Positions 22,801 to 36,100 of a DNA stretch of 64,000 nucleotides are shown piece by piece. The stretch spans positions 14,384,001 through 14,448,000 of the forward strand of contig CP075494.1 in assembly GCA_021613535.1 (NCBI GenBank), given 5' to 3'. Made by a program: the position numbers and the translations under genes. The notes beneath the pieces were generated by a model. That model was not told the origin of the DNA, searched no databases, and saw only the letters and a program-made list of their open reading frames with translations. The stretch comes from Adineta vaga (Eukaryota > Animalia > Rotifera). The first letter of the stretch is position 1, and every line of letters starts with the position of its first letter.

Positions 22801-25800
22801 ATAATAAATCATGTGTATTTCAAAAAGAAAATGATCCATCGATATTACGGTTTGATTATACGATGAATTTCTTTGCAATATTCCTAACGAATATTTCTTT
22901 TAGATCACCATCAGCAGGAAAACTTCTTCATTATACTATTGAAGATGGCGGTCATATCGAAGCTGGACAAGTTTATGCTGAAATTGAAGTGATGAAAATG
23001 GTTACAGAATTACGTTGTCCATCGAAAGGCCAGTAAGTGAAGTAAAAGATTTTCATCCGTTCATTATTTTCTTCCCTTCTGAATTCAAGTCTTCAATGGA
23101 ATAAACGTCCAGGTGCTATTCTTGAAGCTTCATGTATTCTTGCTCGTATAATCTTTGATGATTCTCAACAAATTCAACAATCGAAATTATATGAGGGAGA
23201 ATTTACATTCGACAATTCGAATAGTTTAACAAGTACAAAAATTAATCAAATCTTTCAAATAACTAAAGGTTCATTAGAAAATATTCTTGCCGGATATTCT
23301 TATCCTGAACCATATTTTCGTGAACGATTAAAATCAAATGTTGAACAATTATTTTCTATTCTACGTAATCCTGCATTACCTTTACTTGAAGTTGAAGATA
23401 TTCTTTCGAATATATCCGAACGTATTCCAAAAGAAGTTGATAAAGAAATCAAAAGAATTATGAAAAATTATCATAGTAATCTAACATCTGTCCTAGTACA
23501 ATTTCCTTCTCAAGCAATTGCATCTGTTTTTGATAATTATGCAACAAAATTACAAACACGTTCAGATCGTGATGCTTTTTTTACAGCAATTCAAAGTCTT
23601 GTTCAATTAGTTCAACGTTATCGTACAGGTATCAAAGGTCATATGAAATTCGTTATAACGGATCTGATTCGAAACTATCTCAATATTGAAACATTATTTC
23701 AATATGGACAATATGATAAATGTTTAACATTATTACGTGATAAACACAAAATTGATATGAATAAAGTTGTTCAAACTGTTTTCTCTCATGCAAATTTTAA
23801 TTCAAAAAATGCTCTTGTTATTATGTTAATTGATTTATTATTTGATCGTGATCCAACTTTAACTGATGAATTAACAGCCTTATTAAGTGAATTAACATTA
23901 TTAACACATGTAACAAATTCAAAGGTTGCTTTAAAATCTCGACAAGTTCTTATTGCTTTTCAACAACCACCGTATGAATTACGACATAATCAAATGGAAT
24001 CAATTTTTCTTAGCGCAATTGATATGTATGGACATAAATTATGTCAAGAAAATATTCAAGTAAGAAATTCGATAGAAAGAAAACAAATCCAACTAATATA
24101 TTATTTGTTTTCTTTAGAAATTAATTCAATCAGAAACAAGTATTTTTGATGTTTTACATAGTTTTTATTTCCATTCAAATGTTCAAGTTCGTCAAGCAGC
24201 ATTAGAAGTAGATTTTTAACCAATAAATATCAATTGATCGATGTTAGAATGATTTGTTTGCTTAGGTTTATGTTCGTCGTTCTTATATTTCATATGATTT
24301 AAATAGTATTCAACATCGATTTTTATCCGATGGTACTTGTGCTGTTCAATTTGCTTTGTATCTTCCACATAATCATCCGAATCGGTATGAAAAACGGAAG
24401 CATCGATGAAATTCAATCGATTGAACGTGATGATTTTTAGATTATTTCAACATGAAAACATGGCTCGAGTTGGTAGTATCGGCGGTGATTTAGCATCTTT
24501 AACTAATACTGATTCGGAATTATTTCAACGTAATGGTATTTTTGCTGCATTTGATAGTTGGGAACGTGCTAGAAAGTTTGTTTTATTAGAAATTTTTAAC
24601 TGAAATATTGATCTGGTTTATATTTTTTAGTTCATTTGATGAATTATTAACACCATTTGCAGATCCTCGTTCATCCTCTTCTGGTTCTATACGTACGAAT
24701 GTATATAATCGACAATCATCCTTTGATGGTTCCACACCACGAACACATAAACCTCAAGTAAACTAAATACGAAGAGAAGAAAAGTCATAGTTTGATGTTT
24801 ATTTTAACTTAGATTGATGAAGCAACAAATTTAATCTATGTTTTTATCAAAGATGATGTGAATCTTCAACATGGAATAAAGCTTGAAGATGTTTTTCTGG
24901 AATTTATTCAATCAAAAGTTTGTACCTTTCTTCTTTATAAAAAAATCATTCCCTTCTTCTTTCTAGAGTGATGTTTGTAGAGCAAAAAATATTCGTCGAG
25001 TAACTTTTTCTCTCGCATCGAAAGTAAAAAACAAAGAAAAGTGGCATTTCAAATATCAATGTTAATTACATTTCTATTCTAGCGCCAATTTCCATTGTAT
25101 TTTACCTATCGAAAACGATTAAATGTAAGATTAAAACTTGAAAATGAAATTTTTAAAATTCGATTGTTTTTAGTTTCAAGAAGATAAAATTTACCGAAAT
25201 TTAGAACCAGCTTTGGCTTATCAATTGGAAATTTATCGTCTCCGATCATTTGATTTGGAATTCATTCCAACATCGAATCATAAAATGCATATTTATTTAG
25301 GCAAAGGAAAAATTTATAATAAACAACAGGATGCTATTGATCATCGTTTCTTTGCTCGATCAATTATTCGTCATTCGGATTTTGTTACTAAAGAAGCGAG
25401 TTATGATTATCTTCAAAATGAAGCTGAACGTACATTATTAGAAGCAATGGATGAATTAGAAATTGCCTTTTCACATCCATTAGCGAGTAAAACAGATTGT
25501 AATCATGTTTTTATGTGTTTTGTACCAACAGTTTGTATTGAACCAACAAAACTAGAAGAAAGTGTTCGTAGTATGGTATTACGTTATGGTAAATGATTCT
25601 TCTTTAAAATTGAAGTAGTATTGGATTGAATTTTTGGATTTCGTAGGTATTCGTTTATGGAAACTTCGTATTCTTCAAGCAGAATTAAAAATGACAATAC
25701 GTTTAACACCTGATTCTGAACGTATACCTATTCGTGCATCTTTGACATATGAAAGTGGTTATTATCTTGATATATCTCTTTATCGTGAAGTTAAAAATCA

Positions 25801-28641
25801 AACCACAGGACAAACTATTTTTCAAAGTTATACCATTGGAAAAACAGGTCCATTAGATGGTCGTGCCTTGTATGATCCATATGTAACAAAAGATCATCTT
25901 CAATATAAACGTTTTACTGCACAATCAAATAATACAGCTTATGTCTATGATTTTCCTGAAATGTTTCGACAAGGTTTATTATTAATATGGAAACAATATG
26001 CCGAAATAAATAAATTGAAAGAAAATTCCATTCCAAAAGATATTTTTACTTCTGAAGAACTTATTCTTGATATGACTAATCCGAGTAAAATCTTTTCTCT
26101 TCATTTCATCAATCAATTCTTCTGTTTTCTTTTCGTTCAATAGTCAATCAAATTGATTCAGCATCGTTATTATCACCAGGTATGATCTCATCAAAAGCAT
26201 CAGCAGATATAAAAGATTCAATAGAATATTTGAAACAATGTGGACTTTCAATGCGTCGACGTTCGCCAGCTGAAAATGATTGTGGCATGGTTGCATGGCG
26301 TTTTCATATGAAAACACCTGAATGTCCAGCCGGTCGTTCGATTATTGTTATTGCAAATGATATTACATATAAAATTGGTTCATTTGGTATTGAAGAAGAT
26401 TTATTATTTCAACGTGCTTCGGAATTATCACGTTTAGAACGTATACCACGTATTTATTTATCAGCGAATAGTGGTGCACGTATTGGTTTAGCGGAAGAAT
26501 TAAAATCTCTTTATAATATTGCTTGGAATGATCCAAATGATATTGATAAAGGTATTCAGTATTTATATTTAACAGCAGATGATTATGCTCGTGTATCACA
26601 TTTGAACTCTGTTCGAACTGAAATCGTTCATGAAAAGGAAGAAATTCGATATAAAATTATAGATATTATTGGTAAAGAAAATAGTTTAGGCGTTGAAAAT
26701 TTACGTGGATCCGGTATGATTGCTGGTGAAACTTCATATGCATATAATGTCGTAGTAAGTGGGAATTTCATTTTTCCAAAAAACAAAGAACTAATGCTGT
26801 TTTTTCTCTAGCCAACAATTAGTCTTGTGACTTGTCGAGCAGTTGGTATCGGTGCTTATCTTGTTCGATTAGGTTCTCGTGTTATACAAGTAGAAAATTC
26901 TCATATTATTCTGACAGGAGCGGGTGCATTAAATAAAGTTCTTGGAAGAGAAGTTTATAATAGTAATAATCAATTAGGTGGTACACAAATTATGTTTAAT
27001 AATGGTATTACACATGATGTAGTTAAAGATGATTTTGAAGGATGTGTACTTATACTTCGATGGCTTTCATATATGCCAGAAACAATGTCTCACTCACCAC
27101 CAATTTTAACACAATCTTTTGATCCAATCAATCGTCCAGTTGAATTCACGCCAACATCAACACCATATGATCCACGACATATGATTCAAGGAAGACAATT
27201 GACTTCCTTACCACAAGCAACAACGAATACCAATGAAACAGGTGCAACAGCAACATCGGCATTTCAATCGGGATTTTTTGATCGTGATTCATTTATTGAA
27301 ATCATGAAAGGTTGGGCGAAAACTGTCGTTTGTGGTCGAGCTCGTCTTGGTGGCATTCGTAAGTCATTCAAACAGATATTTTCTTCGAAGAATTATGTTT
27401 GTATTTTGTAGCAATGGGTGTAATTAGTGTTGAGACTCGTACAGTTGAATTAGAACAGCCGGCTGATCCTGCTAATTTTGATTCTGATGCTCGTACAATT
27501 CAACAAGCTGGACAAGTTTGGTTTCCCGATTCGGCATTCAAAACAGCGCAAGCGATCAATGATTTCAAACGTGAAAATCTACCATTAATGATTTTTGCAA
27601 ACTGGCGAGGTTTTAGTGGTGGAATGAAAGATATGTTCGATCAAATAATTAAATTTGGTGCTTATATTGTTGATGCTTTACATGAATATGACCAACCTGT
27701 ATTCATTTATATTCCACCCTTTGGCGAATTACGTGGCGGAGCATGGGTTGTTGTTGATCCAACGATTAATTTACGTTATATGGAAATGTATGCAGATCGT
27801 TTGAGTCGTGGCAGTGTACTTGAACCGGAAGGAACAGTAGAAATTAAATATCGTAGAAAAGATTTGATAAAAACAATTCATCGACTTGATCCAATTTGCC
27901 GTGAATTAATAACAAATATAAATACAACAACAGCTAATTCGAAAGAAGATTTAGAGAGACAATTAGCTGAAAGAGAAAAGGATCTATTACCGGTTTATCA
28001 ACAAGCTGCTGTGATGTTTTGTGATTTACATGATACACCTGGAAGAATGTTAGAAAAAGGAGTTATTCAAGTAGGTCAAATGTTTTTCCAAAGTTTATTG
28101 AAAAAGGTCTTCTTCTTCTTCTTCTTTTTCTCAAGGAAATTCTTGATTGGCGAACAAGTCGTGAATTCTTCTATTGGCGTTTAAGACGACGTTTAGGCGA
28201 AGATAGTACTATTAAAACGATTCTAGTCAATGATTCATCAATTGATTATCAAAAAGCATTAAATTATCTTCAACAATGGTTTAATGAAGATAGAAAAGAT
28301 GAAGTACGACCAAATTTTCTTTCGATTTTCTTGATCTTCAATTTGTTTTTTTTCAGAAATCTCAATGGACAAATGATAAAGAAGTTGTTCAATGGCTTGT
28401 AGATTTTAATAAATCTGCTTTAATCAATGATCGAATGACAAATTTACAAAAACAAAATGCACGAGAAAAGATTCGTCGGTATGTACTAATTTCTTTCTCT
28501 TTCAAACGAATGATTTCATTTGATCTTTTAAGATTATTACAACTTCATCCTGATCTTCTATCGGATATTATGGGACATCCAAATGATGATCAACGTCAGC
28601 AAATTTATCGTCATCGTAATAGTAGAACTCTCGATCAATAA
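19822..28641 (+). CDS. ACC: Acetyl-CoA carboxylase (multidomain eukaryotic ACC), about 31 short introns
   Basis: BC domain ([62 protein letters not shown]), biotinylation motif EVMKM at 22986-23000, CT domain ([48 protein letters not shown]). Confidence 0.97.
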
Positions 28642-29185
28642 TCTTTAATTTTCTTTTTATCGCCGCATGTGATATTTTCAATTCATTTATTCTCATATCA
28701 GACAGTCGATTTTCTTAGTACTCATTCGCTACTCTTAAACAAAAGAACATAAGCACCAATCTATTATTTATATCTTTAATTTCGATTTTCTTTTTTTTTT
28801 CTATCGTTTTGTTCAAATGTTATCGAGAAATATGACGTTTACTCCTTGTTCTCAAACATTTTAATGTTGTTCTCTTGTTTTGTCTACATCATTTAAAATA
28901 TAAAAAAAGAATTTCCGATTAACAATGAGTTGTTATATTCTAATGGATTTGTATTGTAAATCGAAGAAATTTAACTGTCTATCGTTACTCATTTTTCTTA
29001 CGAAGAATATAGACATGAGTCTATTTATATCATCAAATGTGACTCGTTGTTTGCACTTATCGAATAATTTGAGTAATCCATACAAAAACTATTCGCTTTG
29101 TTTTTTCTTAACATGTGTGATTATCGAACCGTATCACTTTTCTTTCTCGGCGCAGTTAGTAAAGCATTGTCTTTAGTTGAATAAT

Positions 29186-30246
29186 ATGGCTAGTGAAAGG
29201 ACTATTCCGAAACAAGTTTCATTTCAAACAGATGATGATGATGATGGTGGTTTGTATAATGAATAGATTTGATTTCTTTCTTGAAATTTTGATTTTCTTC
29301 TATTGAAGATAAACAAAGTTCGAATACTCCACCACCAAACTCGAGATTATCTGTTGAACCAGGTGAAACTCGTTATATTACAATTGTTGAAGCAATTGGT
29401 CTAGATTTTAATTCATTTATTCCTCAAGCTGATATCACGTCACAAGTACATTTTATTAGTAATATTCAACCAGATTCGAAAGCAAGCCAAGCCGGTCTTA
29501 GAGATGGAGATCGTATTTTACAAATAAATGGTATTAATGTAACCAGTCTTGAACATGAAGATGTACGGAAATTAATGCAATTAATGTCACCAATCGTTCT
29601 TACTGTTGCCAATGATACGAAATATTTATTATTACTTCAACAACCAATTGAAGATATCGAAGAAAAACAACCAGGTATGTTCAATGAGCTAAACGAAACG
29701 ATAGATTTATTCAATAAGATTTCTTTAGAACTTCCAATAACATCTCATGAAGGTATGGATGTTGATCCTAGTCAACGTCGTCCTAGTCGTTTTGAATTGC
29801 GAAAACAACCATCCTCTGGATCGATAGCATCATCAATAAATGCATCGAAATCAGCTCGTTGTGAAATCTATACTTTAACAGCAGCCGATGAATCGAGCAA
29901 AGAAGAACCATTGAAAGCAAAATTATGTCGTCTTCGTAAGAGTAAAAATTTCGATGGATATGGATTAGTATTAACATCTCAAAAACATCTTCATGTTATT
30001 GGTGAAGTTGAAGAAGCATCACCTTCATATCGAGCTGGTTTACGTGAAAATGATGTGATCCTATTTGTTGGTAAAACAAATATAGAAAAATTATCCCATG
30101 AAGATGTGAAAATTATGATACGAGCGGCAGCATTAGCATCTAGTCATGTTGAATTGACAGTTATGTCAAAAGCTGATATACCGAGATATAAAACATTGAA
30201 AGAAAAAGGTTTAATTGATTGGTCAGTTATGGGTTTAGACCAATAA
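29186..30246 (+). CDS. Two-PDZ NHERF-like scaffold protein
   Basis: PDZ1 (GLDF...ASQAGLRDGDRILQING) and PDZ2 (LCRLRKSKNFDGYGL...SPSYRAGLRENDVIL). Intron ~29250-29308 and a probable stop-free 54-bp intron at 29675-29728. Confidence 0.85.
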
Positions 30247-30964
30247 TTTCGCATCTGATCATTGTCTTTTATTATTATCTTTGTCGATTTAATTCAACGA
30301 ACATAACTTTCATCTCTTCTTGTATCGAAACGTTGATCGATGTAATTACATGTTACATTTCATAGTTTTGAATAAATGTATTGATTCTTGTGTGAATATC
30401 TACAAGTCATTCAACTTCATAAAAGTCATTGTCATCGAGGTGCGAACGTCAATATAGATATATAAACGTCATTCATTATGTAAAGTAGATCTGATAACTT
30501 TCTAATACTCATTTTCATAAAGAATAATTTGCATTTATGATTATATTATTATTGATCAGTACAGATACTGAAATCTCTCATATGACGAAAAATATTTCAA
30601 TCAGTCACATTGTTTATCTCATTCTGTTCTACATCAAATATATTGACTTAATCTAATGATTTTCGTTTGAATTTTGTGAATGAAATGATTGTGATACTAA
30701 GAATTGATAGAAAGAATGAGGATTAGACTTATCAGTTGAATTCAACAACACCTGAAAATATTTGTTTATCGTATTATTGATAACAGCGCAAAATGATTAA
30801 TCTCATATAAATATAAGAATAATAAGTACTGGATCTTTCAGTACCTCTATAGAAATGGCGTTCAATGCTAAAGTTCATGTTGATTACATGTATTCTAATC
30901 AAATGAAACCTATTCGGTACAAATGAATTTGTATTTTGATAAATCTTCAATAAATATCTTTCAG

Positions 30965-32824
30965 GAAATCTACTTGCTCAACTATTCTTTCAAGCACTGC
31001 CTTCAAAGTACTTGCTGTTTTTCTTATTTTATCAATGGTTGTTGCAACCATTGTTGTACCGATTGTTTTGTTTCAACGGTCAAATAAAAAACCGTCAACT
31101 TCATCAACAAGTAATGGTAAACTCAGATATTTCTACTCTCAATAATATTACAACAGCAATAAAATAATCTTGTTTTTAGTCACCAGTGATACTACTAGTG
31201 TTGTTACGACAACTTCATCTTCGAGTAAATGCACTTTTAAAATGAAATTTGATAAACTATGTTTCATTTATAGCTGCCACTACAAGTACAGTCAAACTAA
31301 GTATGATTAACAAAGAATTCTTTTCTATATCTGAAATAAACATGAAAATATCTTTTTGTAGCTTTAACAACATCTTCAACGAGTACGTTACTTATCTAAC
31401 AAACTAATATCTTTCTCACATTTCGAGTTAATCTCGTTATTTTCTAGCGTCTACATTAACTACAACTACTTCGAAAGGTAATGTTAAAGAAAGTATGATT
31501 GAACTTAAGAAATAGATCGTCTGTTTCATAGTACCCACAACAACAATAATAACAACAACATCGACTATAGTTTCTAGTAACACTTTCAATTTTAAGTATG
31601 ATTCAGATTGATAAAATATATTTTTTAAAATAGGCACAACAACAACAACACCTTTTATTGAAGGTGAGTATTAATAAATTTTAATAGAATCTCAATTATT
31701 TTGCTTCTAGAGAGTAATACTTCTATTACTATCGATTCAGGTATGTTCGTTATCAGTGTATATCAGTCATTATTTCAGTAATATTCTAGTTGATACCTCA
31801 GAAACATTCTCAGTTATGTGTAAGTTTTGATTCTCGGCAATAGATAATTTTTGATAGATTGCTTTAATTTAGTTGAAACGACAGCAACGGGTAAGCGTTT
31901 ATTACATATATGTTTCTTTACAAATGACACTTTTTTTCTGCATATGAAGTATACCCAGAACTAAACGATACGGGTAAGTTCATTACAAATATGATTTGTC
32001 TATAGATGAAAGACTAATCTTATCATCTAGGTACGATTATGGTCAATGCAACTACGGAACTCTATACAAATGATACAGATAATACTTTTACAGGAATGGA
32101 TTTGTCAACAACAACAAAAAGTAAGTCTGACCTATGACAGTTTCAATCTTTACGAACATGAATTTCACTTCTATTATCGTCAATTGTTGTAGCAACGACA
32201 ACCACAGTTACAACAAGTAAGATCAATGAGTTTATTTAATCTAATTCTTCTACATTATTTTTAGCGACAACAACAATGGTTCCACCGAATCTCTTAGTCA
32301 ATCCTGGCGCAGAATCTGGTAATATCGGAGGTTGGACTCAATTAGGTCCTGCAGCTGCTATTGTGGATTCTGGTGGAAGTTTCAACAAAGGTTATTATCC
32401 AAAAAGTGGGACTTATTGTTTTGCTGGTGGACGTGGATCGAACGGTGATATATCAACTTTATCACAAAATGTTCGACTCTTAGGTGGTATTCAAGGTTTT
32501 ACCGAAGCACAACTTGATTCTGGTCGTCTCAAAGCATTTGTTCAGTTTTACTATCAGACTTGGGATCATCCTCTCATGCGTCACGATGAAGTTGAAGTTA
32601 TTATAATATTTCGATCATTAACACATACAGATATACAAACAACATCGTCAGGAGGACGTGCTTGCAAAACAAATCCGGGATGGTGCGAATATCGAAATGA
32701 AATTCCATTACCAAAAGGAACACGAAGTATTGATTATCTAATGAGATTTACGCGAAAAGATATAGGCGGAAGTAGTATCGACTCTTATACTGATGACAAT
32801 TTATTAAAAGTTATACCCGTATAG
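30965..32824 (+). CDS. Type II membrane mucin-like protein: TM segment, micro-exon Thr/Ser stalk, C-terminal galactose-binding-like/FBA-like domain (5' end unresolved)
   Basis: TM exon 30965-31116 (VLAVFLILSMVVATIVVPIVLF), 12 internal phase-1 exons of 18-90 nt, terminal exon 32265-32824 (NLLVNPGAESG..GW...CFAGG...LSQNV...LPKGTRSI...DSYTDD). Confidence 0.75.
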
Positions 32825-33140
32825 TTTGACTTTTTTTTGTCAAAACAATTGTTTCTTTTTTATTATCATTTGACTTGAATAATAAATTAAACTTGTCAAA
32901 TTTACATGATTATGAAATGTATCTTCTAAACATTCGAACTAGATGTCAGTAATCATCACTTAGAGAATTTTCAAAGAAAATTTTCATTCATTAACAAGAC
33001 AAACCAATGAAATCATAGTTGATTGAAATGTGTGTGTATTCGTATAATTCATTTCATTTCTTACTCTAGTTGAAATTCAAATAGGAAATTATTAAAGAAA
33101 AAAGACTCTGAAACTTTGAATTTCTAATTAAACTAAAAGC

Positions 33141-36100
33141 ATGTCTGTTGATCCATTGACTGGTGGTAACAACGCTATTGTTCCACCAATCTTTGATAAA
33201 ATTCGTCTATCTCATTTACTCGAAGCTGCTGTACAAAAAACATATCATGAACTGTATACAATGGCAGATGTGTATGTTTTTTCTTCATTATTGATTGCAT
33301 TTTAAACACAAAATCATCATTTTGTTTTTCTTTCTCCTAGTCTACATAGTAAATCAACTTTAGAAAGGTAAGAAAGCAAAATCTTTCCAACAAATAGAGT
33401 TTATTTCGTTTCTATATTAGAAAAATTGAACTAATCAAATTTGCATGTCGAGCTCGACAATTATTTATACGAATATTAGCAATTGTGAAATGGTCAGCAA
33501 CAACTGGACGTGTCACTGCATGTGAAGTAAAGATTTCCTAAGTAAAATAGAAAGTATAGACATACGAAACATCGTCTTCTATAGGATATACAAAATTTTC
33601 TGGAAATTCGTGCTCAATTAATCCGGCAAACATCAGATACTTTAGCTCAACTTGCACGTGAAAAACTTCTCGGAGCTCGTGTACCAAATTTCCCAGTAAC
33701 AGATGCTATTGATGCATTAACACTTGGCACTGTGAATTTTCTTCCTAAACGTATCGCAGAAATAACTACAAGTTTCACTCCTGCAACAGAGAAAGAACGT
33801 CAACAAATTTTACCACGTCTACAACAAATTCTTATAGCAAAAATATCAACATCAGAATTGCCAATAGAATTTACTGATGTGATAATTAGTACGTAGTGAA
33901 GAGGAGAAGGAGAAAAACAAACAAGATTGATTATTTTTATAATAGAAAATGGATTGGTAATCTTAACAGTTGATGGAGAATTTGAAGTTCGATTAGGAAT
34001 TATTAATGATAATCTTTCATCTCTATGGCAGGTTTATCAAACGAAATTATTCCTACGAGATTCGGAAGAACCAGGTAAAGAATTTTAATTTTGTGTAGGA
34101 AATTTTTTGAGATTTATTTTGTTTCTCTTTAGAACAAGAACTTATTCATCCTTCGCAGGTAAAATTGAAACTATCTACTTGAAAGAACAAATAATTTCAA
34201 TCACGTGTTTTTTTAGATGCAAATAATCACGAATTTTACACAAAGTTGGCTGAATGATTCTGAAAAACCATTAGTTGATCTTTATCAATATTTACGTATG
34301 TATTCATTTTTAATTTTTCCTATTTTATCTTCTTGTTTTTCTTCAAATAGATTACTATTGTCAATCATTACGTTTACAAATCCTCGTAGAACAAGTAAAT
34401 TATCGATAAAGACAAAATTTTAATTCGTAATAAAATTCTTTGTTTTTCAAGGCACATCGAATAGGAAATCAAGCTGGAAAACAAAAGGATTTAGTCATAT
34501 CGAAATATACTGGATGTAAAAGTTTTACTGTTGAATATTGGAAAGAATATAGCACAAATACTGCAAATACTCAATTAAAGAAACAAATTGGAAATGGAAA
34601 ACCTCTTGGTACAAAAGAATCTTTTCGATATTTTCAACATTGAAATGATAAATATTGAAATTCTAGATATTGGAATGACAATACTATGTGATGATAATGG
34701 TAAATTTCAGATACAACATTGGCCGCCATTACCTGTTGATGATAGTGTGGTGATTATGAAAATCTTAGAAGTAAGAATAATATCTATCTATCAATGGTAA
34801 GCAATTTCTTTCCTTTTCTCAGAAATCTGTATTTACAATGGAAGAAATTTTAAATCGTACAATTTATGCACGATGTCAACGTCGATTTGAAGTTCGTAGA
34901 TGACATTTTCTTATTGCCATATGATAACTGTTCGTAAATCTTTATTCAGGAATTAAAAGATACAATTTTACCAAATACAATCGCTAATAGTAAAATAACA
35001 TTCTATACACTTGTTCGTCTAGATCATATCTTCTTGTTGATTTAGTTGAAATTGATTCATCAATTCCAGCATTAAAATGTGAATTTCTACCTGAAAGTAC
35101 ACCGGAAGAATTATTATTCATCTCCATTAGTCCATATTCGGGTTTATATAAAGTCGTTTGTTTCATGGGTAAATTCAATTCATTTTAAATCTTGTTATTA
35201 ATATGTATCCTTTCAGAAACTCTTCATTCACAACGAATTGAAAATGCACTTAATCGTGATCAAACAAATCTCATCGATGCCATTAATTCATTGAAGTATA
35301 CTACTTTCCGAATACCTTTTTTTTTAAACTCAATACAAATATTTAGAATTTGGTTAATACAACAACGTGTTCCATCTCTTCTCGCCCATCTAAACTGTCG
35401 AATATATACACGTATTCCATCATTAAATCCAAAGAATGAACTTATCGCTTCATTTATTAACAGTAGTATCGCCATTGAATTAATTCATCATGAAGGATTT
35501 TACATCGTAAATTCCATAATATTCTTTCAACTAGATTTCTACAGATTAATTTATCCTTTAGCTTATTCATATATCAGATATCAATCAATTATTGATTGAA
35601 TATTATTTATTAATTTTGGAAAAACGTTCATCAACTCATGAATCACTTGTTCTTCAACAACGAACATCGGATCAACAACCATCATCAACAACAACAACAA
35701 CGAATGATGAAGGAGCTAAATGGTTGCTTGAACCTTTAGTTTTGTGTCCATTAGATCCAACAACATTTTTAAGAAAAGAATTATTTGAAGTTTGTATTTA
35801 TAAATTTTCTCTTCTGAAAACAACAAAACTTTCTTTTTTTCAAGTTTAAAAATGCATTTCAATATAATAAAAGAACCGATAATGTCGATGATGACATTGA
35901 TGATAATGACAATGGAAGAATGAAACGAGCACAACCAGTAACTATAAATCTCATCAAATTAACAAATATTTCATTTGATTACGTCTATTTTAGACATCAA
36001 TTTTATCCTTAAAATCATTGGTGAAATTTGTTAATTATTATGATGAAATGCTTTCATTTATATTTCTAAAAGATGATGTAATACATAATCAATACAACAA

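Noticed and set aside
699-28641. Large acetyl-CoA metabolic cluster (glcB + acyl-CoA oxidase-like + ACC)
   Set aside because: The genes are 8-17 kb apart with unrelated genes between them, and ACC is a native housekeeping gene; nothing beyond chance proximity.
30855-30916. ATG exon (MAFNAKVHVDY...) as first exon of the micro-exon gene
   Set aside because: Its donor is phase 2 while the TM-encoding frame at 30965 needs phase 1, so the true 5' end is left unresolved.
31180-32264. CRISPR-like or tandem repeat array
   Set aside because: The periodicity comes from micro-exons and ~55-bp introns; there is no conserved direct repeat and no cas gene.
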